A stretch of 64,000 bases of DNA from Saprospiraceae bacterium (GTDB lineage: Bacteria > Bacteroidota > Bacteroidia > Chitinophagales > Saprospiraceae), in contig JAYVNP010000119.1 in assembly GCA_043758385.1 (NCBI GenBank), positions 151 through 64,150 on the forward strand, in the 5' to 3' direction. The notes under the pieces were generated by a model that was not told where the DNA came from, ran no database searches, and saw nothing but the letters and a program-made list of their open reading frames with translations. Positions within the stretch are counted from its first letter, which is position 1. The number at the start of each line of letters is the position of its first letter. The translations under genes were made by a program, and so were the position numbers. Positions 49,600 through 57,572 of the stretch are shown here, in pieces.

Positions 49600-50136
49600 A
49601 TGTTAAAAAGTTCAAAATTTTATTTTCTTTCCTCAATTTTAATTATCAGCCTTTCTTTACCTTGGCAAAATTATAAAAATGAAGTCGGTAAATTTTCGGT
49701 TTCCGTTCCAGCACCCGTGAAAGAAACAACATCGAAAATAAAAACGGTTACTGGCGAACTGATATATCATCAGTTTGTATGCAAAACGCTTTCTAAAAAC
49801 GATGGTAAAATTCTTTACACTATCAATTATTGCGATTATCCACCTGGTACTTTTCCGAAAGATTCAGCCGATTTACGCGAAGAATTTTATAGAGCGACGA
49901 TTGAATCATCAACCGAAGTGATAAAAGGAACAGTTGCATATCAAGATAATATTTTACAACAAGATTACAACGGTAAAATTTGGCGCGTTGATTTTAATAA
50001 AGAAACGGCGCATATTAAGAGTAAATGTTTCCTTATTGGCGATAGATTTTATTTACTTCAGATTATTGTTGCCAATAACGAAAAAAATGATCCCAATGCG
50101 GATAAATTTTTCGACACATTCTTTGTACAGTTGTAA
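49600..50136 (+). CDS. Hypothetical secreted protein
   Basis: Signal-like N-terminus; no recognisable domain. Confidence 0.45.
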   Translation: MLKSSKFYFLSSILIISLSLPWQNYKNEVGKFSVSVPAPVKETTSKIKTVTGELIYHQFVCKTLSKNDGKILYTINYCDYPPGTFPKDSADLREEFYRATIESSTEVIKGTVAYQDNILQQDYNGKIWRVDFNKETAHIKSKCFLIGDRFYLLQIIVANNEKNDPNADKFFDTFFVQL

Positions 50137-50179
50137 TTAAGCACCACTTTTGCGTGTTGTAAATTAAGAATTGAAATAA

Positions 50180-50665
50180 ATGAAAGTGTGTGTGTTTCCA
50201 GGTTCTTTTGATCCAATTACTTCAGGCCACGTTGATTTAGTGCGTCGTGCATTGCCACTTTTCGATCGTATTATTATTGCTATTGGCGTTAATAACGAAA
50301 AAAAATACTTGTTCAGTTTAGAGCAGCGCAAAGCGTGGATAAGTAAAGTATTTGAAAATGAGCGCAAGGTGTATGTTGATTCGTTTGAAAAACTTACTGC
50401 TGAATATTGCAAGCGCGTGAGTGCCCAATGGATTTTACGCGGTTTGCGCAACGCCAGCGATTTTGATTACGAAAAAACAATTTCTCAACTCAACTATATT
50501 GTCGGCGATGGCGTTGAAACGGTGTTTTTAATTTCTCAACCACAATTCTCACACATTTCATCAACCATAGTGCGAGAAATTATTCGCGGCGGCGGCGATG
50601 TATCGCCGTTTGTACCAGACATTCCTGAAATGAAAGAATTAAAAAATGAAGGAATAAAGAAATAA
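50180..50665 (+). CDS. coaD: Pantetheine-phosphate adenylyltransferase
   Basis: FPGSFDPITSGHVDLV and ISST.VRE motifs. Confidence 0.92.
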   Translation: MKVCVFPGSFDPITSGHVDLVRRALPLFDRIIIAIGVNNEKKYLFSLEQRKAWISKVFENERKVYVDSFEKLTAEYCKRVSAQWILRGLRNASDFDYEKTISQLNYIVGDGVETVFLISQPQFSHISSTIVREIIRGGGDVSPFVPDIPEMKELKNEGIKK

Positions 50666-50717
50666 CGAAAATCAAAATAGTAACGGCTCAAAAATGAATC
50701 ATTACTATTTTGATTTT
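50664..50717 (+). terminator. 16-bp-stem hairpin after coaD that runs into a T-rich hexamer tract
   Basis: aaaatcaaaatagtaa (50668-83) pairs with ttactattttgatttt (50702-17). Confidence 0.55.
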
Positions 50718-50843
50718 GATTTTCGTTTTGATTTTCGTTTTGATTTTCGTTTTCGTTTTCGTTTTCGTTTTGATTTTCGTTTTGATTTTCGTTTTGATTT
50801 TCGTTTTGATTTTGATTTTCGTTTTGATTTTCGTTTTGATTTT
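50712..50843. repeat. 22 uninterrupted hexamers drawn from only two words, GATTTT and CGTTTT (11 each)
   Basis: Order read directly: D D C D C D C C C C D C D C D C D D C D C D, where D=GATTTT and C=CGTTTT. Followed by attacttcttc-type repeats to 50880. Confidence 0.95.
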
Positions 50844-50888
50844 ATTACTTCTTCATTACTTACTTCTTCATTACTTCATTTATAAAAT

Positions 50889-52520
50889 ATGAGCGACGCA
50901 AATTTTAGAATTCCAACCGCAGTGAACGAACCTATTTTGAGTTATGCGCCTGGTACACCTGAAAGAAAACTTCTAAAAGATGCCCTTCAAGTGATGCAAT
51001 CGGAGCGTATAGAAATACCAATGATTATTGGATCGGAACGTGTAATGACAACCGATAGGCGCGCGCTAACACAACCGCATAAACACGCGCACGCTTTAGG
51101 TTATTTTCATTACGGTGAAAAAAAACACGCTGAATTGGCTATTGAAACTGCTTTAACAGCAAAATACAATTGGGAGAAAATGCCTTGGCACCAACGCGCT
51201 GCCATATTTTTAAAAGCTGCCGATCTGATTTCCACAAAATATCGCTATAAAATGTTGGCGGCAACAATGCTCGGTCAATCTAAAAATGTATATCAAGCAG
51301 AAATAGATTGCATTGCTGAATTGGTTGATTTTTTGCGCTTCAATGTTCAGTTTGCAAACGAAATTTATTCGCAACAACCCATAAGTAGTGTCGGCGTTTG
51401 GAATAAGGTAGAATACAGACCGTTGGAAGGATTTGTTTTTGCAATCACGCCTTTTAATTTTACCGCTATTGCAGGTAACTTGTGTACTGCACCCGCAATG
51501 CTCGGTAACGTTGTAGTTTGGAAACCTTCTGATACACAAATTTATGCAGCGCATTTATTCATGGAAATTTTGCTTGAAGCGGGATTACCCGCTGGTGTCA
51601 TTAATTTAATTTATGGCGACGGACCAACGATTGGTGACGTGGTGTTTAATCATAAAGATTTTGCAGGATTGCATTTTACAGGATCAACTGCGGCGTTTCA
51701 AAGTATGTATAAAACAATTGGCGCAAACATTTCAAACTACAAAAACTATCCGAGAATTGTTGGCGAAACAGGCGGAAAAGATTTTATTGTTGTTCATAAT
51801 TCAGCAGATGTTGAAGCTGTGGTGACGGGTATGATTCGTGGCGCATTCGAGTTTCAAGGACAAAAATGTTCGGCAGCGTCGCGTGCGTATGTGCCGCATT
51901 CGCTTTGGGCGCAAATTAAAGCGGGTTTAATGCGCGATTTCAAGTCTATAAAAATTGGAAGTACGGAAGACTTTTCCAATTTCGTAAATGCTGTTATTGA
52001 TTCGCGCTCGTTTCAAAAAATTAAAGGCTATCTCGATTATGTAAAATCTTCGACGATGGCAGAAATTATTTGTGGCGGGAATACGGACGATTCGACTGGT
52101 TATTTTATTGAGCCGACGGTTGTAGTAACAACTAATCCGAGATTTAAAACGATGGAAGAAGAAATTTTCGGACCTGTTCTGACGATTTATGTTTATGAAG
52201 ATGCGCAATTCGAGCATATTTTAGAACTAACCGATACGACTTCTAATTATGCACTGACAGGTGCTATATTTGCACAATCGCGCGAAGTTATAACGCACGT
52301 TACAGAACGATTACGCCATAGTGCAGGCAATTTTTACATAAACGACAAACCTACGGGTGCCGTTGTTGGTCAGCAACCTTTCGGCGGCGCGCGCGCATCC
52401 GGAACAAACGATAAAGCGGGTTCGATTCTGAATTTATACCGTTGGGTATCTGCCAGAACAATAAAAGAAACGTTAGTATCGCCGACGAATTATCGCTATC
52501 CTTTTTTGCTAACGGAATAA
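50889..52520 (+). CDS. pruA: L-glutamate gamma-semialdehyde (1-pyrroline-5-carboxylate) dehydrogenase
   Basis: 543-aa aldehyde dehydrogenase with ETGGKD and GQKCSAASR catalytic motifs. Confidence 0.9.
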   Translation: MSDANFRIPTAVNEPILSYAPGTPERKLLKDALQVMQSERIEIPMIIGSERVMTTDRRALTQPHKHAHALGYFHYGEKKHAELAIETALTAKYNWEKMPWHQRAAIFLKAADLISTKYRYKMLAATMLGQSKNVYQAEIDCIAELVDFLRFNVQFANEIYSQQPISSVGVWNKVEYRPLEGFVFAITPFNFTAIAGNLCTAPAMLGNVVVWKPSDTQIYAAHLFMEILLEAGLPAGVINLIYGDGPTIGDVVFNHKDFAGLHFTGSTAAFQSMYKTIGANISNYKNYPRIVGETGGKDFIVVHNSADVEAVVTGMIRGAFEFQGQKCSAASRAYVPHSLWAQIKAGLMRDFKSIKIGSTEDFSNFVNAVIDSRSFQKIKGYLDYVKSSTMAEIICGGNTDDSTGYFIEPTVVVTTNPRFKTMEEEIFGPVLTIYVYEDAQFEHILELTDTTSNYALTGAIFAQSREVITHVTERLRHSAGNFYINDKPTGAVVGQQPFGGARASGTNDKAGSILNLYRWVSARTIKETLVSPTNYRYPFLLTE

Positions 52521-52577
52521 TACGCAGATTTGAAACATTTTTAAAGTTAAATATTTTTAAAATTGAAAAATCATTCA

Positions 52578-53027
52578 ATGAAATTCAAATACTTTTTTTT
52601 GTTTCCAATAATTACAATCTTTATTTCTTGTAATAACGCAACAACGCCAAACAATAAAACGGTTAACTCTAATGCGCCCTTACCAACAGTTAGCAGAGTT
52701 CAAAAACCAATTAATATGGCTGCACCTTTGAAAAACGCAGCATCAACTGATATTTACGTTAAAGCTGCGGATGAAACTTGTGCTTGTTTGCAGCCATTAA
52801 TAACAAAAGTAAAACAGATGGTAGAGCTGCAGAAAGAAAACAAAGCTGCCGAAATAAAAATTTTAGCAGATGAAATTCGCGTTATAGAACCGCAAATAAC
52901 GGCGTGTAGCGAAAACATTCGCAAAAAATACGGTGATATGAAAACCGAAGAAGATAAAAAACGTATTTTTTATGCGTTGAGAGATCTTTGTCCTGATGCT
53001 GTTAATATTGGTACAGGATTGAAATAA
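52578..53027 (+). CDS. Hypothetical lipoprotein
   Basis: MKFKYFFLFPIITIFISC lipobox. ATG at 52578 preferred. Confidence 0.5.
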   Translation: MKFKYFFLFPIITIFISCNNATTPNNKTVNSNAPLPTVSRVQKPINMAAPLKNAASTDIYVKAADETCACLQPLITKVKQMVELQKENKAAEIKILADEIRVIEPQITACSENIRKKYGDMKTEEDKKRIFYALRDLCPDAVNIGTGLK

Positions 53028-53138
53028 AAAAAAATCTTTGTCATTTGCCCGATGTTCGTTACTCACAAACAGTTGGGTAGTAGGGGTTTATTTTTGAACA
53101 CTAAAAAGCCAACAACAAACAACGAACAACAAACACGT

Positions 53139-53735
53139 ATGTTTAAAGGAATTTCAAATATTCTCATTATTGTTGTAGCACTTGTTGCGGGCATACTTTT
53201 GTCTCGAATGTGGTATATGCAACCAGTATCGGTTACGCGCACTGATGCCAATGTGATGATTGAACAGATAAAAAATGTTTCCAAAATAGTAAACACCGAA
53301 GGTTATTTTTCAGAAGTTTACACCGAAACTGATACAAAATCTTTTTATGGCTTTCCTTCAACAAAAAAAATAATCATAAAAGTGAAGGCGCGTGTTTTGG
53401 CAGGCTACGATTTAAATAACCTTAAAATTGATATTGATTCTTCTGCAAAAAAAATTAGAGTTAAAGGTTTAAACAATCCGCAAATAATTGGCATCGAACC
53501 TGAAATTCAATATTACGACGTTAACAACGGTGTACTCAATCAATTCAGTGGTGAAGATTTTTCGCGTCTAAACCAAAAAGCAATTGATACAATTCGCTAC
53601 TCGGCTCTGCACAGTAATTTACTCAACAACGTGGCGAAGCAAGGCGTTAGTAATTTCCAAAGTTTGCAAATATTAGCGCAACAAATGGGTTGGCGCATTG
53701 AATTTATTAATTCGGAAAAAACAATTAATAATTAA
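53139..53735 (+). CDS. DUF4230-family membrane-anchored protein
   Basis: One TM segment, then IKNVSKIVNTEGYFSEVY...KARVLAGYDL pattern. ATG at 53139 preferred. Confidence 0.65.
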   Translation: MFKGISNILIIVVALVAGILLSRMWYMQPVSVTRTDANVMIEQIKNVSKIVNTEGYFSEVYTETDTKSFYGFPSTKKIIIKVKARVLAGYDLNNLKIDIDSSAKKIRVKGLNNPQIIGIEPEIQYYDVNNGVLNQFSGEDFSRLNQKAIDTIRYSALHSNLLNNVAKQGVSNFQSLQILAQQMGWRIEFINSEKTINN

Positions 53736-53756
53736 TGACACACAAACTACGGTTAA

Positions 53757-54347
53757 TTACACCCAATGCCCCATCAAAAATTTTTTGGTATTCAAGTATC
53801 GCTCATTTTCAGTGCGTGGTGAAATAACGATAGATTCTCTCGAAACTACCTTAATACCGAGTTTTTCTAATTCGGTAATTTTTAACGGATTATTGGTGAG
53901 CAGACGCACCTTTTGTATTTTTAAATCGGATAAAATTTTGGCAGCATGTTCGTAATGGCGCTCATCGTCTAAAAAACCCAATGCTTTATTCGCCTCAATA
54001 GTATCTAAACCTGAATCTTGCAGTTTATATGCTTTAAGTTTATTGATTAAACCAATGCCGCGACCTTCCTGCCGTAAATAAATTAAAATGCCGCCCTCTT
54101 CATTAATTTTTTTGAGTGCGTAGTCGAGTTGTTCGCCACAATCGCAACGCAACGAATGAAACACATCACCCGTCATACACTCGGAATGAATGCGAACTAA
54201 TATTGCAGATGTATCGGCATTTTTTTTTTCAGAAACTAAAACGATATCTGGTTGAGGTTCGTTGGGTGAAGTGGCGTAAGCTAAAACTTTAAAATTACCG
54301 AGCGCAGTGGGTAAACTTGTTTCTACTTGTAAAACGTAATCGGACAT
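53757..54347 (-). CDS. ribA: GTP cyclohydrolase II
   Basis: VRIHSECMTGDVFHSLRCDCGEQL zinc site; EGRGIGL. Confidence 0.92.
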   Translation of the reverse strand: MSDYVLQVETSLPTALGNFKVLAYATSPNEPQPDIVLVSEKKNADTSAILVRIHSECMTGDVFHSLRCDCGEQLDYALKKINEEGGILIYLRQEGRGIGLINKLKAYKLQDSGLDTIEANKALGFLDDERHYEHAAKILSDLKIQKVRLLTNNPLKITELEKLGIKVVSRESIVISPRTENERYLNTKKFLMGHWV

Positions 54348-54419
54348 TAACTTTAGTTATAATTGAGGCAAAATTAAACACTAACAGTGCATCACTAACC
54401 AATTATTAAAAAAATTGTT

Positions 54420-54466
54420 TACAAAAAATAAACTCTTCCAAGATTACACCTTGAAAGAGTTTATTT
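54420..54466 (-). terminator. Hairpin (12+4 bp stem) with T-runs on both strands
   Basis: aaataaactctt (54426-37) pairs with aagagtttattt (54455-66); an inner caag pairs with cttg. Confidence 0.55.
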
Positions 54467-54490
54467 TTATCGTTTTTACAACCTCTGTAT

Positions 54491-54583
54491 TTAGCTGTTG
54501 TAACGGCGAGTACCCGATTTAGAAACGGCATTCGAAAATGCTACTACGGTAAATATTAACGCAGCAATGTAAAAAATAATCAT
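54491..54583 (-). CDS. Possible 30-aa single-TM small protein
   Basis: Own translation MIIFYIAALIFTVVAFSNAVSKSGTRRYNS; followed by the 54420-54466 terminator. Confidence 0.25.
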   Translation of the reverse strand: MIIFYIAALIFTVVAFSNAVSKSGTRRYNS

Positions 54584-54899
54584 AGCACAAGTAAGTTTAG
54601 ATGTTGATAACTCGATAGATTTTAAAGATTCGTACTTTCTCAAAAGTGCAACGCTAAGGTAACCTTTTTACAATTAACAGCCTATTTAAAAGAATTATTT
54701 TATTGCTAATTTTTAAGAATTTCTTTTGAAAATAATTATGAAATAATCGAACTCTAAAAATTCTGCCTAATGAACAAGATTTTAGACTAAAAAAATACAA
54801 AAGGCACAATTAAAAACAATTTACTGAATTGATTTACTTATAAAGGTTATGAAAACTCAAAAAAACAACACTTGTATTAAGTTTGAACAAATTTATAAA

Positions 54900-54907
54900 T
54901 ACTTTTG
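54900..54907 (+). promoter_or_regulatory. Bacteroidota -7 box candidate (TAnnTTTG)
   Basis: tacttttg lies 22 nt upstream of the TTG start at 54930. Confidence 0.3.
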
Positions 54908-54929
54908 CGATAATTAAAATTAAATTAAT

Positions 54930-55325
54930 TTGCGAAATCCATCATTATATATTGCACCAAGTAAATTAGGTGGTCGAGGTGTTTTCACAGGCGTTCACAT
55001 AAAAAAAGGGGAATTAATAGAAATTTGTCCGGTTATAATTTTAAAAGATGGTGAATCTAAATTATTGGACGCAACCACACTGTACGATTATTATTTTTTT
55101 TGGGGCGAAGGCGAAAAACAAAGTTGTATTGCGCTCGGATATGGCTCATTGTACAATCATAATGCACCGTCGAACGCCGATTATTTAATGGATTATGGCA
55201 CAACTTCTATTGAAGTATTTGCGGTGCGCAATATCGATATTGGCGACGAAATAACTATTAATTACAACGGCGACCCGAACGATAAAACACCACCTTGGTT
55301 TTTAATGGATGGGAAAAAAAGATGA
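54930..55325 (+). CDS. SET-domain protein (putative lysine methyltransferase)
   Basis: GRGVFT...I.KGELI; GYGSLYNHN..N; EITINY. TTG start. Confidence 0.7.
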   Translation: MRNPSLYIAPSKLGGRGVFTGVHIKKGELIEICPVIILKDGESKLLDATTLYDYYFFWGEGEKQSCIALGYGSLYNHNAPSNADYLMDYGTTSIEVFAVRNIDIGDEITINYNGDPNDKTPPWFLMDGKKR

Positions 55326-55407
55326 ATAGCAGCGGGCTTGGGGCTTTGAGCGTTATTGAAACAATATTAATTACTTTGAACGAGCACAAAGCTCATAGCT
55401 AATAATT

Positions 55408-56514
55408 ATGCGCGTAATTTTTTCAGCAGGCGGAACAGGTGGACATATTTTTCCAGCACTTTCGGTAGCGGATGCGTTAAAAAAAATACTGCCCGACACT
55501 GAAATTTTATTTATTGGTGCGCTCGGTAGAATGGAAATGGAACGCGTGCCTGCACAGGGTTACAAAATTATTGGATTACCGATTGCAGGATTTCAACGCC
55601 AACTGAGTTTAAAAAATGTACGGCTGAATATTCAACTGCCGTTTAAAATTGTAAGTTCTCTCCTGAAAGTGCGCGAAATTATAAAAAATTTTAAGCCCAA
55701 TATAGTTGTTGGTTTTGGTGGTTACGCATCTGGCCCGACTTTGCGCGCCGCCGCATCTGCCAATATTCCAACTATTTTGCAAGAACAAAATTCTTATGCA
55801 GGTGTAACGAATAAAATTTTAGCGCGCAATGCAAAAAAAATTTGTGTTGCTTATCCAGATATGGAAAAATATTTTCCTTCCGAAAAAATTATTTTTACCG
55901 GCAATCCTGTACGCGCTGAAATTTCTTCTAAAAAAAATTTTAAAAATGCGGAGGCTTATAAATATTTCGGTCTTGACGAATCAAAAAAAACTATCGCTAT
56001 TCTCGGCGGTTCGCTCGGTGCGCGTACTTTGAATAATATTATGTCAGATAATATTGAATTTTGGAAATCGCATAACGATGTACAAGTTATTTGGCAATGT
56101 GGAAAGTTTCATTTCGAGAATTTAAAAAATAGTGAAACGGCGCAATTGCCGAACATAAAAATTATGCCCTTCGTTCAGCAAATGAATTTTTTATACGATT
56201 CTGCCGATGCAATTATCACGCGATCTGGCGCGCTTACGGTTTCTGAATTGTGTGTTGTTGGAACACCTACAATTTTTGTACCTTCGCCGAATGTTGCGGA
56301 AGATCATCAGACAAAAAATGCAATGGCTTTAGTTGATAAGCAAGCTGCGCTTTTTTTAACTGATGAAACAGCGCAAAATTTGGCTCCACAGCTTGTAATT
56401 GATTTGCTAAAAAATGAAAATTTGTGTGCACAACTCAAAAAAAATATGGAATCTCTTGCAAAACCGAATGCTGCGACTGAAATTGCAGACATTATTCTGA
56501 AAATAGCAAAATAA
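55408..56514 (+). CDS. murG: UDP-N-acetylglucosamine--N-acetylmuramyl-(pentapeptide) pyrophosphoryl-undecaprenol GlcNAc transferase
   Basis: GGTGGHIFPALSVA N-terminus; C-terminal ITRSGALTVSEL and HQTKNA. Confidence 0.92.
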   Translation: MRVIFSAGGTGGHIFPALSVADALKKILPDTEILFIGALGRMEMERVPAQGYKIIGLPIAGFQRQLSLKNVRLNIQLPFKIVSSLLKVREIIKNFKPNIVVGFGGYASGPTLRAAASANIPTILQEQNSYAGVTNKILARNAKKICVAYPDMEKYFPSEKIIFTGNPVRAEISSKKNFKNAEAYKYFGLDESKKTIAILGGSLGARTLNNIMSDNIEFWKSHNDVQVIWQCGKFHFENLKNSETAQLPNIKIMPFVQQMNFLYDSADAIITRSGALTVSELCVVGTPTIFVPSPNVAEDHQTKNAMALVDKQAALFLTDETAQNLAPQLVIDLLKNENLCAQLKKNMESLAKPNAATEIADIILKIAK

Positions 56515-56576
56515 ATTCTTTTTTGTTATTTTTTTGATCCATACCCACTATAATTTGTTAGTAACATATTTTCTAA

Positions 56577-57377
56577 ATGGCGCGTACGCAACAAGAAACC
56601 AGAAGTTATAAAGTTAATAAAACTCGCGTTGTTTGGGTTGTTGGTGCAATTTTGTTGCTCTTGCTTTTAATTTTTGCTACTCAGAAAAAGAATGATGGTA
56701 TAATTTCAGGTGTTGAGGTTGAAATAATTCCGTTAGCGAATGAAGAAAATGTTTTTATCACTGAAAGCGATATAAAAACTATCATAAAAAATAATTTCGA
56801 TGGCGACTTAATAAATACACAACTTTCGAGAGCCAATGTTTCGCGTATCGAATCGGTTTTGAAACAAGATCCATTTATTGATCATGTTGAAACGTATGTA
56901 GATGCTTCCAATGCAATCCATGTTAAAGTCTATCAGAGAAAACCTATTTGCCGAATTATTGACAATGAAAACCGACAATATTATTTATCGGAAAAAGGCG
57001 ATTATGTGCCACTTTCAAAACATTATACATCACGTGTAATTGTTGTAACGGGTGCAGTTTCAAATTTTTCAACCGATTATTTAACAAATCCGAATTACAA
57101 AGGGAATTTGCGGGATACATACAACCTTATAAAACTTTTAACAGCCGATAATTTTTTTCAACCCCTTGTTCAACAAATTTATATTGATGCCAATAGCGAA
57201 TTTACTTTAGTCCCAAATGTTGGTGAACAAAAAATACGCATCGGAGATTGTAATGACATAGACGATAAATTCAATAGGATAAAGATTTTTTACAAAGAAG
57301 CAATGCCTTACACCGGTTGGAATACTTACAGTTCGATTTCAGTAAAATTTAAAGGGCAAATTGTTTGTAAAAAATAG
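56577..57377 (+). CDS. ftsQ: Cell division protein FtsQ (POTRA-containing)
   Basis: N-terminal TM segment, then POTRA-like region; position after murG; size 266 aa. Confidence 0.6.
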   Translation: MARTQQETRSYKVNKTRVVWVVGAILLLLLLIFATQKKNDGIISGVEVEIIPLANEENVFITESDIKTIIKNNFDGDLINTQLSRANVSRIESVLKQDPFIDHVETYVDASNAIHVKVYQRKPICRIIDNENRQYYLSEKGDYVPLSKHYTSRVIVVTGAVSNFSTDYLTNPNYKGNLRDTYNLIKLLTADNFFQPLVQQIYIDANSEFTLVPNVGEQKIRIGDCNDIDDKFNRIKIFYKEAMPYTGWNTYSSISVKFKGQIVCKK

Positions 57378-57572
57378 TGACTTTCGTCATAATTTCAGTT
57401 TGAATGTTTGAACAAGAAAGTTAAATTGTTTTTTTCCATAAAATAGTAAAAAAATGTTTATGCAAGAAATGAAAAAATGTTAATTCTTTTTTTTTAAGCA
57501 CTGTATTTATAATTTTGTTATTACTTTTATGTGTCAAATTCAGATCGTTAAAACTTAAAACAACACGGAATT

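Noticed and set aside
50694-50892. Two ORF-track entries (MNHYYFDFDFRFDF.. and MILIFVLIFV..)
   Set aside because: They are translations of the GATTTT/CGTTTT hexamer tract: periodic low-complexity peptides in overlapping frames, with no start context.
54348-54490. FMN riboswitch upstream of ribA
   Set aside because: The leader is AT-rich and lacks the GC-rich conserved FMN aptamer core segments. Only a terminator for the upstream small ORF is visible.
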